Positions 37,145 through 50,490 are shown, numbered from the stretch's first letter. The stretch: 64,000 nucleotides of DNA from Octopus sinensis (GCF_006345805.1 NC_043008.1:58280001-58344000); one strand, 5' to 3'. A program made the numbers and translations. The notes: generated from the sequence alone by a model not told the origin.

Positions 37145-37732
37145 TATTCTTTCTACTCTAGGCACAGGGCCCGAAATTTTTGGGGAGGGAGCCAGTGGAT
37201 TAGATCAAACCCCCAGTACGCAACCGCTACTTAATTTATCGATGCCGGGAAGATGTAAGGCAAAGTTGACCTCGTCGGAATTTGAACTCAGAACGTAAAG
37301 ACAGACGAAATACCTATTTCTTTACTACCCACAAGGGGCCAAACACAGAGAGGACAAACAAGGACAGACAAACGGATAAAGTCGATTATATTGACCCCAG
37401 TGCGCAACTGGTACTTATTTAATCGACCCCGAAAGGATGAAAGGCAAAGTCGACCTCGGCGGAATTTGAATTCAGAACGTAAAGACAGACGAAATACCTA
37501 TTTCTTTACTACCCACAAGGGGCCAAACACAGAGAGGACAAACAAGGACAGACAAACGGATAAAGTCGATTATATTGACCCCAGTGCGCAACTGGTACTT
37601 ATTTAATCGACCCCGAAAGGATGAAAGGCAAAGTCGATCTCGGCGGAATTTGAATTCAGAACGTATCGGCAGACGAAATACCGCTAGGCACTTCGCCCGG
37701 CGAGGTAACGATTCTGCCAGCTCGCCGCCTTC
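37145..37732 (-). mobile_element. SINE-C trimer with a 184-bp period
   Basis: Near-identical units; the duplicated ORFs at 37391 and 37575 are 184 bp apart. Confidence 0.9.
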
Positions 37733-38504
37733 GAAAAAAAAGATAAGTTATTATAACTCCAATAAGTTAGAATAAAATCATTAGAGCGCCAGACAAGATG
37801 ATTTGTGGCGCTTTACGTTCCGTGTTCCAATTCTACCGGAAGCAATTTTCTCTTTCGTTCTCCGGGGACCGATAAAACAGACTACCAATCATATGTTGGC
37901 TCGATTTGATGAACTAAACTTTTCTTTTATAAAATTGCTAGCTTTGAAAATAAATAAGAAACCATTATGTTTCTAATACATTAGACATTTATATTTATTT
38001 TTACAACAGATTTTAACAGATATTTTCCAAGATTCATACATCTTAATTATATGAACACAAAATGATATGAATGTTTTTGGCATGCATACCCTTGGGATGG
38101 TATAGATTTCAAGTGCAGTGATTAATTTAGGTTCAGTTGCGAAAGGAAAAAGATGGTATTAAAGAACGGGGATACAAACTAATATATTAACTGCTGATAG
38201 CACTCATTTTTTACAATAACATATGCTCACATACACACAGGTACGCACACACAGGCACGCAAACACACACACAAGCGCGCGCTCACACACACACTCAAAC
38301 ACATACACCTCCACATGTATTAATGCATGATTGATATATATGTGTGTGTGTGTGCGTATGTATGTATGTATACATATACATATATATATATATATATACA
38401 TGTAAATATATGTATGCATATATATATGTATACATACATGTGTTATGTATATATATATCTATGAATGAATGAATAAGTATATATATCATATACATATACA
38501 TACA

Positions 38505-38609
<105 letters not shown>

Positions 38610-38765
38610 GTGTGTGTGTGTGTGTGTATCTTATTTGTAAACGGCAGTAAAAATTGACTGAAGGGCAGAAGGTGTCATGCATTGTACTCTGTATAATTTA
38701 CAGAAATAAACTCTCCACTCTTGTGTAACTTTGTAACTCCGCCGCTAATAATAATAATAATAATA

Positions 38766-38800
<35 letters not shown>

Positions 38801-38841
38801 CTGCTGATGATGAAGATTATGATCATGTATATATATTTATG

Positions 38842-38883
<42 letters not shown>

Positions 38884-39034
38884 TGTTGAAATGGAAAGAT
38901 GAATTTTCTTGTTACAGATTATTCAAAAGTTTAACCGATACCTGGGCAGCAAAAATCACAGCAGAAAAAAACACGGTTGGAGATAAGACCATTTGGTGTT
39001 GCAACCGTGCGTTGGTGCGGATAATTGAAGTTTC

Positions 39035-39353
39035 ATATAATTAGTGAATGGAAGAAATGGAGTTGAACGAAGATTGTACAGAATTCCTTTTATTACATTC
39101 TACACATGTTTCAAAGGCCACAATTTTCCAAATTATGATTAAATAAGGATACCATATTGCAGCTTTCTCTTCAGGAAAAAGCCTCTGTTTTGTTTTGTTC
39201 TGTCAACGTAATTTGCCTTTTCCTGAAGAGAAAGCTGCAATATGGTATCCTTATTTAATCAGAATTTGGAAAATTGTAGCCTTTGAAACATGTGTAGAAT
39301 GTAATAAAAGGAATTCTGTACAATCTTCGTTCAACTCCATTTCTTCCATTCAC

Positions 39354-39362
<9 letters not shown>
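39035..39362. mobile_element. Inverted pair of PLE-type ends (148-bp arms, ~32-bp spacer), each with a CUGAAGA...GAAAC hammerhead fold
   Basis: Arms 39035-39182 and 39215-39362 differ at about 3 positions; CTGAAGA 39223, GAAAC 39285, GUA 39294-39296, AATAAA downstream. Confidence 0.8.
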
Positions 39363-39434
<72 letters not shown>

Positions 39435-39436
<2 letters not shown>

Positions 39437-39819
39437 CTCTTTTTACTCTTTTACTTGTTTCAGTCATTTGACTGCGGCCATGCTGGAGCACCGCCGTTAG
39501 TCGAGCAAATCGGCCCCGGGACTTATTCTTTGTAAGCCCAGTACTTATTCTATCGGTCTCTTTTGCCGAACCGCTAAGTGACGGGGACGTAAACACACCA
39601 GCATCGGTTGTCAAGCAATGCTAGGGGGACAAACACAGACACACAAACACACATATATATATACATATATACGACAGGCTTCTTTCAGTTTCCGTCTACC
39701 AAATCCACTCACAAGGCATTGGTCGGCCCGGGACTATTGTCCAAGATGCCACGCAGTGGGACTGAACCCGCAACCATGTGGTTGGTATGCAAGCTACTTA
39801 CCACACAGCCACTCCTGCG

Positions 39820-39823
<4 letters not shown>
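39435..39823 (-). mobile_element. Young full SINE-B
   Basis: Complete head and tail. Confidence 0.95.
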
Positions 39824-39898
<75 letters not shown>

Positions 39899-40344
39899 TA
39901 CATGCGTACAATTGTGTGTGATAAAAGTATAAATTATATATATATATACAAGCATATATGTAATGCATATACATATATAGTCATACATATATACATACAT
40001 ACATACATGTTTTGAGTTTTTTAATCCTGTTTTAACTACTAAACTCTCTCTGTGTCTCCCTCTCCTCTTCCTCTCTCTCCCCCTCTCTCTCTCTATATAT
40101 ATATAGATATAAGTATATATACATATGAATATGTATATATGTATTTGTAAAAGTATGTCACTCATTACTTTTTAGTAGAGAATCAGTTTATTTTAAGAAG
40201 AAGGAATTTGAGAGTAACATTGAAGTTTTGGTTTTGTAACCTTGTCCAACTGTATGCGCACCTAGATATGCACACACATGTACACACATACACATTTATA
40301 CACACACATACACGCACACACACATATTAGTATCACCTGCATCT

Positions 40345-40560
40345 GATAACCTCGACAATTGGGGTTTTATTTGGCGGGAGGGGTCAGTCGATTATATTGA
40401 CCCCCAGTGTGTAACTGGTACTTAATTTATCAACCCAGAAAGGATTAAAGGCAAAGTCGGCCTCGGCGGAATTTGAACTCAGAACGTAAGGACGGACGAA
40501 ATGCCGCAAAGTACAATATTCCGCCCGGCGTGCTAACGATTCTGCTATCTCGCCGCCTTA
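40345..40560 (-). mobile_element. SINE-C
   Basis: Family motifs. Confidence 0.85.
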
Positions 40561-40888
40561 ATAATACTAATTAAGCACTGCTAATTTTGAACGGTAGTGT
40601 TCAATAATAGCTTCCATTATGTGAAATCAATTGCTCTCACCAATCAGTTTAAACTTTTGATGCACACATTGGTATATTTGATGTAAGACTGTCCGATATA
40701 ACTTTTTCTTGTTTGCATGTTGCCAGAAATGATAAATGGCTTTTGATTTTAGCACGAAAACGATTAAGTTTTTTAACTGATAAAAATGTCAGAGCGGCGG
40801 TGGAGGTAAATGTGGGATGATGTTAGTTTGCAAAATAACTCTGTCACTATTCTGAATGCAGACAACTTAACTTTTGTGCTCAAAAATT

Positions 40889-41604
40889 CAACGCTAGTTT
40901 CTGAAAAACAGAATTTATGTTGGATTTAAAATCACAGTTTTTAGCATGGGTGGAAGCACTCCGTCGGTTACGACGATGAGAGTTCCGGTTGATCCGAATC
41001 AACGGAACAGCCTGCTCGTGAAATTAACGTGTAAGTGGCTGAGCACTCCACAGACACGTGCACCCTTAACGTAGTTCTCGGGGATATTCAGCGTGACACA
41101 GAGAGTGACAGGGCCGGCCCTTTGAAATACAGGTACAACAGAAACAGGAAGTAAGAGTGAGAGAGAGTTGTGGTGAAAGAGTACAGCAGGGATCACCACC
41201 ATCCCCTGCCGGAGCCTCGTGGAGCTTTAGGTGTTTTCGCTCAATAAACACTCACAACGCCCGGTCTGGGAATCGAAACCGCGATCCTATGACCGCGAGT
41301 CCGCTGCCCTAACCACTGGGCCATTGCGCCTCCACACAGTTTTTAGCATAACAGTCACTGAAATACAAGAAGTCAATTTAACTTTTATACCTTCTTATAA
41401 TTTTGTGAATCATGCTTGAATGGTACAAAATCCATTGGCCCAGGATTGGGCTCAAGACTAGGGACTAGCGGGACTAAAAGGGCTTACAAGCCAACTATAA
41501 GAAGGCATAAAACTTAAATTGACTTCTTGTATTTCGGTGGGTGTTATGCTAAAAACTGTGGCTTTAGGTCCATCATAAAATTTGTTTTTCAGAAACTAGC
41601 GTTG
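40889..41604. mobile_element. MITE with ~140-bp TIRs; the left TIR is interrupted by a SINE-A
   Basis: caacgctagtttctgaaaaaca at 40889 is inverted at the 41604 end; the left arm resumes at 41335. Confidence 0.85.
40948..41334 (-). mobile_element. Full SINE-A
   Basis: Perfect 15-bp TSD cacagtttttagcat at 40933-40947 and 41335-41349. Confidence 0.95.
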
Positions 41605-41830
41605 CTTGGTACTGCATCAGAGCATTTATTATTATTATTATATTATTATTTTATTATTATTATTATTATTATTATTATATTACTTTTTTTTTCTTCTTTC
41701 AATTTGCTTCCATTTCTTGCCGAGGTCTTCCCGACTCCTAGGGCAAAGAAACTCATAGTATACATTGGTAGGCCATTAAACCAACTCAATAGTTCGTTCA
41801 TTTTTTTTTTTAAGTTAAATTAAAATATTA

Positions 41831-41876
<46 letters not shown>

Positions 41877-42415
41877 GAGTGAGAGAGCAGTTCATGCCAT
41901 CAAAGTGACACTGGGGTAAAATATACGAAGCTCAATATACCATCATGACTACCGTCTGATAAAGGTACACCAGGCACATGCATCACAACCATATGTGCGC
42001 GACATGGTGATCTCATATCAAGATAACAGCACATGACCTTGCAGGTGGGGCCCAGTTTGAATTTTCTTCAGGTTGAGCAGCCATCCCGGTCAAACGGTCC
42101 CCGAATAAGGGTGTTAAGGATGTTGAAAGAACCACCCATGTTTCCAGAGGTGAACTATTCAAACCCCAAAACATCCCTCTCAACACATGGCTATGAGCTC
42201 CCACCACTATTCTGCTCGTGATCAGAGATGCAATATCGTCAGCCACTAAGGGACATGCTCAACTGGTTAAGGTCAAACAACTGACAAGCAAATCTGTGGT
42301 ATGAGCAGAATATTTGCTGTAGCCCATCTTTTATACCAAGACAAAACAATGTACATGATAACACTTCCAATCAGTTAAGATCAGAAGCCATGAGAGCCAC
42401 TGCCTGGTACTGCAT
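41877..42415 (-). mobile_element. Retroelement 3' UTR-like sequence embedded in (TAT)n arrays
   Basis: Non-coding GC-richer island ending in an (AAT)n tail; its end motif ggtactgcatca recurs near 41608; LINE clade inferred only. Confidence 0.55.
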
Positions 42416-42435
42416 CAATTATTATTATTATGTTA

Positions 42436-42476
<41 letters not shown>

Positions 42477-42633
42477 TATTATTATGTTATTATTATTATT
42501 ATTATTATATCATTATTATTATTATTGTTATTATTGTTATTACTGTTATATATTATTATTATTATTATTAATTATTATATTATTATTATATTATTATATT
42601 ATAATAATTATTATTATTATTGTTATTATTGTA

Positions 42634-42664
<31 letters not shown>

Positions 42665-42910
42665 ATTATTATTATTATTGTATTATTATATTATTATTAT
42701 AATTATTATTGTTGTTATTGTTATTATTATTATATTATTATTATTATTATTATTGTTATTATTATTATTATTATCATTATTATTATTATTGTTATTATTA
42801 TTATTATATTAATATTATATTATTATTATTATAATTATTATTTTGTTATGTTATTATTATTATTATTATTATTATTATATTATTATTGTTATATTATATT
42901 ATTATTATTA
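42416..42910. repeat. ~500-bp degenerate (TAT)n/(TGT)n array
   Basis: Direct reading; source of the poly-Y/I/L ORFs. Confidence 0.95.
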
Positions 42911-43139
42911 GCAGTAGTAGTAGCAGGTGCAGCTGCATTTGTTGCAGTATGTGCAACTGTATGCTCGAGATGTGCTGCATTACAATTAGAAATATTTTCC
43001 TTTGCAGACAAAAACCATTGAATGGACAGAATATAGAATCCACAGGAAACTCTTCTGAGAAACAAAGTAATTCCAAATTTTCCACACACACACACAATAT
43101 GTGTATGTGTGTATATATATATATATATGTACATATATA

Positions 43140-43652
43140 GGCGCGCATGCAGTTGTAAGAGGAAGCACATATACAAACATACACAGACATATACAATTAC
43201 TACACACAAAGGTACACACATTGACACACACACATACGATACCACAAATACACAGGCGCACATAGGCGCACACAGCCGCACACAGTAGCTCACGTACACG
43301 CAGATCATTAAACGTCTTCAGAGTTACACAGAAATATGCACATACACACTCACTCACATGCAAACAGGCATACCATAGATCTATACAGAACACTCACATC
43401 CACACCACAAAATACATATACAGAAGCAGTCGTACACCCAAACTCACATCCACGCTACAAGCACATATACAGAAAGAATCGTACACACCGACGCATACCT
43501 ACGCCACGAACATATGTACATAGAAACAACCGTACGCACACACACACACATACACACACACTCACACACATACACACACATACACAGATTCACACACACA
43601 CATACACACATACACAGACACACACGCACACACACACACACACACACACACT
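43140..43652. repeat. Degenerate CA-rich low-complexity tract
   Basis: Direct reading. Confidence 0.85.
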
Positions 43653-43964
43653 AAAACAAATGCTATAGAATGTTCCCAAATCACTTCCCTATAATGCTGT
43701 GATTAAAAACAGCGGCCATATGTAAATTAACAATGATAATATCTAAATTAGAACACGAGGCAATTTTGCAGAAGGTTGTTTATTGGCTGTTTGTTTATCC
43801 AGATGTAAAGGAAGATAGAAAATAAACCAACTGTGTATATGTGTCTGCTGTTGCGCATTGCCAGTTAACTCACACCACCCTACTATCTCTTCTCACTATT
43901 TACCGCACCGATCCCACATTTCTCGTTGATTTACTAATTGCTTCTAATTCCGGCACAAAGCAAG

Positions 43965-44535
43965 ATGGCGACCTGGCAGGAACGTTAGCAGGTCAGACAA
44001 AATTCTTAGCGGTATTTCGTCAATTTTTACGTTCTGAATTCAAATTCTGCCGGGGTCGACTTTGCCTTTCATCCTTTCGGGATCGATAAATTAAGGACCA
44101 GTTGCGTACTGGGGTCGATGTAATCGACTTAAACCCTTTGTCTGTCCTTGTTTGTCCCCTCTATGTTTAGCCCCTTGTGGGGAATAAAGAAATAAGAAAC
44201 GTTAGCAGGCCAGGCAAAATGCTTAGCGATATTTTGTCTGTCGTTACGTTTTGAGTTCAAATTCCGCCGAGGTCGACTTTGCCTTTTATCCTTTCGGGGT
44301 CGATAAATTAAGTACCAGTTACGCACTGGGGTCGATGTAATCGACTTAATCCCTTTGTCTGTCCTTGTTTGTCCCCTCTATGTTTAGCCCCTTGTGGGCA
44401 ATAAAGAAATAAGAAACGTTAGCAGGCCAGTCAAAATGCTTAGCGGCATTTCGTCAATTTTTACGTTCTGAATTCAAATCCTGCAGAGGTCGACTTTGTC
44501 TTTTAGCCTTTCGGGGGTCGATAAAATAAGTACCT
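43965..44535 (+). mobile_element. SINE-C head-to-tail multimer (3 units)
   Basis: aaagaaataagaaacgttagcaggcc junction repeated. Confidence 0.9.
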
Positions 44536-45034
44536 TAACCCCGGCAAAGTTTTCTTGAAAAGGTGTTTACAATACACGAATCATCCTTGGTTTAATAATT
44601 TAATTTTACTTAAGACCCTCTAAACATTCAGCGCTCCTTCAACTCCTCTTTGACAGACACATACCTCGCCTTTATATAACCTGACAATAAAAAATATAAT
44701 CCCTGTATTAAATATATTTTATTTCTAATAAAAATCCAAATCGTGTACACATTCAGCATCCTGCAACTTCCATTTCATATATGACTCTCCTGCTGAGCTC
44801 TCACAGTTCATACTGAACATACCTATATTTCCCTTTGTGAACTCACGACAATTAGTAGTGGGCGTCTAGCTCTAAAGTGTATTGGATTTTTTAACACAAT
44901 ACATCTATAAAAAGATTTTCCGTGCACGAAAAACCGCAGCTTCTGCCTTTCCACATACGTTGAATATGTTATATTCATATAATTGTAACAGTACAGATGC
45001 TTCTGTTACATTTCGTAAAGTCAAACACCAAGTT

Positions 45035-45094
45035 GGATTAACTGATGACGGCAATGGAAATTGCCGAAATTGACGCGGCAGTCTTAAAAAATCT
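45035..45094 (+). ncRNA. Type I hammerhead ribozyme candidate
   Basis: ttaa/ttaa stem I (extendable across an A bulge), CUGAUGA 45042-45048, 1-nt insert, stem II ggcaat/attgcc with GGAA loop, GAAA, stem III attg/cagt, GUC at 45081-45083. Confidence 0.65.
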
Positions 45095-45498
45095 CGGTCG
45101 TCATTTTTCGGACAATTACGGTCCTTAGTGTATATTTTTTCATTCATATGCTTTAAATACAACATTTTAAGTCTTATTTCTAGCAATGTAGGTGTTCTTT
45201 AACAGCCTAGTCACATTTAGTGACAATTATAATTCCCCTTTTTGGAGAAACATTGCAACCTGCTGTTTATATTATATTATATTACATTATATTATATTAT
45301 ATTATATTATATTATATTATATTATATATATATATATATTATATCTTTTATTGAATTTTAATACTTTTGATATTTAAAATAATATAAATTAATTAATTTT
45401 ATGTATTGGCTTATGTTTTTCATTGTTTGATTTGCCTAATAGTGGTTTTATCTCTAATTAATATAATATAATAAATATAATATATATAATATATATAT

Positions 45499-45533
<35 letters not shown>

Positions 45534-45654
45534 CAATAGAAACTCGGTTTTCGAACAACTCTGATCACGAATAAATTTCCTGTCTTTCTCATATTCATTT
45601 AATACAGTATTGCCTCGGTTTACGAATGCCTCTGATCACGAATAAATCGTGTGT

Positions 45655-45721
<67 letters not shown>

Positions 45722-45764
45722 TAATATATATATATATATTATATATATATATATATATTATTTT

Positions 45765-45975
45765 TTTACTACTCACATGGGGCTAAACACAGAGGGGACG
45801 AACAATGACAGACAAACGGATTAAGTCGATTATATCGACCCCAGTGCGTAACTGGTACTTATTTAATCGATCCCGAAAGGATGAAAGGCAAACTCGACCT
45901 CGGCGGAATTTGAACTCAGAACGTCACGGCAGCCGAAATACCGCTAACCATTTCGCCCGGCGTGCTAACGATTCT
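45765..45975 (-). mobile_element. SINE-C
   Basis: Family motifs. Confidence 0.9.
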
Positions 45976-46346
45976 ACCATATATACATGCAAACTTGCTA
46001 AGGAGAATTGAGGCACTAGCCACAATTCGAAATCACGATCCAGATATATATGTTGCCCTGTTCTACGACGTTTTACCTGAGATATGCTAAATTCCACTCG
46101 TTTGCCCGATTTCTGTTGGTCCATTACGTATTGTCAGTGAGATTGGTGGTTAAGTTGGGAGTTTTTACTTCTACATTACAACAAGCTGTTGCTTCGTGTA
46201 CCCTTTTATATAATTTAGAATATAATATGTTTAATACTAATATAGTTTGCTGCCACCAATGCTATTGTTATTGTTATCAATTATTTAGATTTGCCGCTGA
46301 TGATAATAATAACAACATCTTTACGAGTATATATTTTGAACATTTA

Positions 46347-46410
<64 letters not shown>

Positions 46411-46679
46411 GTGGTGTGTGTGTGTGTGTGTGACTTGAGAGGTTTGGATAGCTCGTATAGTTCCAAAGAGCATCTGCTTCTTGTCGAATCGGTGTGTCTG
46501 GAATATTAGCGGAAGCATTGTGTAAGATCTAGCACACGTAGGGTGTGAGATGGATTTTATTGGCGTTTAGCTATGCCAAAAATCTCATTCATCATTTCAA
46601 TGCGATGTGTGGACATTTAAAAAAAAAACCCTGCATTCTGGTAGTTAGGATGAACAGAACTGAAGTTTAAAATAAAATA

Positions 46680-46778
46680 AATGCGCCCTTTTAAAGCCTA
46701 GCCAGGCTCCTGGGCCCGGTTTCCCGGTTTCTATGGCGTATGTGTTCCCCAGCTGGACGAGACGCCAGTCCATCGCAG
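46680..46778 (-). mobile_element. 5'-truncated SINE-A variant tail (ggctttaaaagggcgcat)
   Basis: Reverse complement of the tail of 47596-47886. Confidence 0.8.
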
Positions 46779-47474
46779 AACTGAAATTAAACTGTATTTA
46801 ATTTTGACACAAGGCCAGCCATTTTGAGGGGAAGGCTTAAGTCGATATCCTCTACCCCAGCACTTGACTGTTACGTTCTTTTGGCGATCTCGGAAGGCTG
46901 AACAACAAAGAGATTCCAACTTAGAATTTAAACAGCCAGAAGAATTTTCCCGACTTTCGAACGATTTTGCCACCTCACCTTAGAGTTAAATCCTAATGAC
47001 TATTGTTGAATGCCAATAGTTTGATCTATTGGAGTCTGTGTTTTTAAATATCGGTATATGGATTCCATGGCCAGTCTGGGTCAATTCGTCGAAGGATTTT
47101 AGTAGATTATAACGACCGATTTATTTATTTCAGCTGGATACCGATATTTATTTTATCGAATACTAATAATCGAACGGGTAACTTATCTTTTGATGTACAG
47201 GTATTTGGCGTGGAATCGGTTGAGTCATTAGAGATCCGGCTAGAATACTTCACAGTATCTGTTCTGACTCCCTACGCTCCGAGTTCAAATCCCGATAAAT
47301 TCAACTTAGCTTTTTATCTTTTCGCGATCAGTGAAAAAGCACTAATCGAGGCCGGTGTATGGACAGAGCAGTAACAACATGAGAACAGATGCCTTGTAAT
47401 ATGTGACATGCACTCACTCACACACACACACACATATATATATATATAATATATCTATATATACACACACGCAT

Positions 47475-48130
47475 TATTCTTTTATTTGTTTCAGTCACTT
47501 ATTTGCGGCCATTCTGGTGCACCGCCTTACAAGGTGTTTTTAGTCGAATACATGGACGCTAGTACCTGTTTTTTAAAAGCCTAGTATTTATTACGTGGAG
47601 GCGCAATGGCCCAGTGGTTAGGGCAGCAGACTCGTGGTTTCGATTCCCAGACCGGGCGTTGTGTGTGTTTATTGCGCGAAAACATCTAAAAGCTTCACGA
47701 GGCTCCGGCAGGGGGTGGTGGCGCCCCTGTTGTACTCTTTCGCCCCAACTTTCTCTCACTCTCTCTCTTCCTGTTTCTTGAGTAACGCTGCGATGGACTG
47801 GAGTCCCGTCCCAGCGGGGGGGAACACATACGCCACAGAAACCGGGAAACCGGGTCCATGAGCCTGGCTAGGTTTGAAAAGGGCGGAGAAAAAGAAAAAT
47901 ATTTATTATATCATACTCTTTTATCTGACGGATAAGATAAGTGGTTGTAAACAAACCAGCAGGCATTGTCAAGCAATGTGAGAGGGGACAAACACAGTGA
48001 CAAAGATACATATACACATACTTCGTGCTTCCACACAATTTCCTTCTACAAATCATAAGGCAGTAATTACCCAGGCGCTATAGTAGAAGATGCATATCCA
48101 TGATGACATGCACTGAGAATGAACCCGAAA
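47475..48130 (-). mobile_element. SINE-B split by a plus-strand SINE-A variant (47596-47886)
   Basis: SINE-B tail at 47475-47590 and remainder at 47920-48130; short tatttatta duplication around the insert. Confidence 0.75.
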
Positions 48131-48131
48131 T

Positions 48132-48460
48132 TATTGGATTGTCCGGAAAGTTCGTGCCAATTTATAGCAGCTTACCTTTCACTTATTTTAGAACATGGTT
48201 GAGTCCATAAAATAGGAGTTGACTACACCTTCATTTAGAGCACAGTTTAAGCTATGTTTTCATGGAGCAAGGTTTATGTTCCAATAACCTGTGTTAATTC
48301 TGTAACCCTTTAAAATGGAAGATAAGAAAGTTCCTTTTTGGCACTTGATACTTTGGGAACCAGAGAAAAATTGCTGCAGCTCGGCTAGGATGTGTTATCC
48401 CACCTTCCATATTCACCAGATATTGCTCCTTCAGATTTCCACTAATTCAGGTCACTCCTG
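48132..48460 (+). mobile_element. mariner internal-deletion derivative
   Basis: TIR-like tattggattgtccggaaagttcgtgcc; MEDKKVPFWHLILWE joined directly to KLLQLG*DVLSHLPYSPDIAPSDFH. Confidence 0.8.
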
Positions 48461-48882
48461 CGGTTCAAAGCCAAACTGAAAGAGAATCGGAAGCGATGCA
48501 AAATCCCTTTTTCTTTTTGAGAAAATAAAGCATCAAAGCGCAGGACCAGTGTTCAAAGATTTGAGCTAAGTTGACTCCAACATCGAGATCATCTTCGTGC
48601 AAGCATGAAGGCACGCTGGCAAAACACCACTACTTTAAATAGAAACCTTGCTTGTTATAGTGGTTTTGTGGCTTCCACTCTAGAAAATGCACAGTAAATG
48701 ATTCACAATCTCTCGGGAAGACTGAGTCTTCAATTTGTTCTTTGTTCCATTTGACAAAAAGTTTGCAAGGTACCAGCAGGCCTTAAGAGACACATTCGTA
48801 ACCATAGAACATGATTACCGCCTTATTTTACTGAACACTCATTTGTCATTCACGACAAGAGAATCCAACATATATCTATCTA

Positions 48883-48962
<80 letters not shown>

Positions 48963-49421
48963 GACTTTACTGAATAGACGATAGTGAACGAATGAATAAA
49001 CTTATCTAAACTATCGGAACTATCAGAAAAATAAGAATGCATAATATTGAAATAATATAGGAATAGAAATTTGATGAAATCAGAAGTAGAAACGCACGAG
49101 GAAATATGTGACGTGGTCGTTCAAAATTTGGAATTAATCAGGAAATATGGTAATTAATTCTGAATTCAGCATCATTGATTCGGTAGGAAACACTATTTCC
49201 AGTGTCTGTAAAAGGAGAAAAAAAAAACTTGAAGTTTGTTTACTGAGATCGACAAAGGGTTAGCTCTAAAGTTTAGTCACCTCAATTTCATACCTTTTTG
49301 TTTTCTCTCCCCTCCCTCTCTCTCTGAATGCATGAATATATCTACATATATGTGTATATTTCTATATATATTTCTATGTACGTATATTCGTTCCCATATA
49401 TGTACGTATATCTGTATAATC

Positions 49422-49458
<37 letters not shown>

Positions 49459-49537
49459 ATATATATATAATATATATATATATATTGGAATATTTAACAC
49501 TATGTCCAACGTTTCTTTGTTATCATAAAACTAGTAG

Positions 49538-49606
<69 letters not shown>

Positions 49607-49611
<5 letters not shown>

Positions 49612-50025
49612 GGTTATTCAAAAACAATGAAACGATTTCATTACGCAACATCTTAATAAGGAAAAGCAATAGAAAACTCCTGCTAATTCACAAGTATTTA
49701 CTCACAATCAACTTTTATTTCCTGTCTTATAAGTGTTCAATGTGGCCACCACCTGCAGCATGGGTAATATCAACGCGATAACAGAATTCCTCCCAGGCGC
49801 GTACTACCATATCAAAAGCAGATCTATTATGGAATTAAAGAATAGATTTGCTTTGTTTGAGGAGATTCCAGAAGATAGTGACATAGAAGGAAAATCGAAA
49901 AACTTCAATAAAGCATTCAACCAGACAGCGAAAGAAGTACTCAGTGGATCGTGATATGCTGATACGCGTTTGGGAGGAATTCTCTTATCGCATTGATGTT
50001 GCTCGTACTGCAGGAGGTGGCCATT
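49607..50025. mobile_element. Two opposed Tc1-type 3' fragments sandwiching a LINE ORF2 fragment (49825-49945)
   Basis: Minus strand RAWEEFCYRVDITHAAGGGHIEHL*; plus strand DMLIRVWEEFSYRIDVARTAGGGH; middle MELKNRFALFEE...TAKEVL. Confidence 0.65.
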
Positions 50026-50307
50026 AGGCTGCGAACCGTAGAATCGTTGGGTGTTTCATTTCTCCCTCAAATAGTACGATTGGTTCGAGCTGTTTGCGTC
50101 GCATCTCCTCCGTTTTGATAAAATGTTTTCACGATGAGAACACGTTGCTCAGTTGTAAACTGCTCCACGACACACTGCACACTATTCTGAAACACAACAA
50201 CGAAAGAAAACTCTTAATCAGAGTGAAGAGAGACAGCAAACATGATAAAAGCATGCCTTCAAACTTCAAAACGCAAAAGTGAGACTAATTCAAATTCGGC
50301 GCTCTTT

Positions 50308-50480
50308 ATGTATGTATGTATGTATGTATGTATGTATGTATGTATGTATGTATGTATGTATGTATGTATGTATGCATGCATGTATGTATGTATGCATGTA
50401 TGTATGCATGCATGTATGTATGTATGTATGCATGCATGTATGTACGTATGTATGTATGTATGTATGTATGTGTGTATGTA
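50308..50480. repeat. (TATG)n/(CATG) microsatellite followed by TA-rich arrays
   Basis: Direct reading. Confidence 0.95.
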
Positions 50481-50490
50481 TGTATATATA

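Noticed and set aside
37391-37775. Recurrent peptides such as MRNWYLIYRPRKDERQSRPRR, MVVIPAVLFHHN and MFSLNKHSQRPVWESK suggesting a gene family
   Set aside because: They are read-throughs of SINE-C and SINE-A copies, not proteins.
46077-46124. Possible minus-strand alternative first exon MDQQKSGKRVEFSISQ|gtaaaa
   Set aside because: Only 48 nt with a moderate donor and no independent support.
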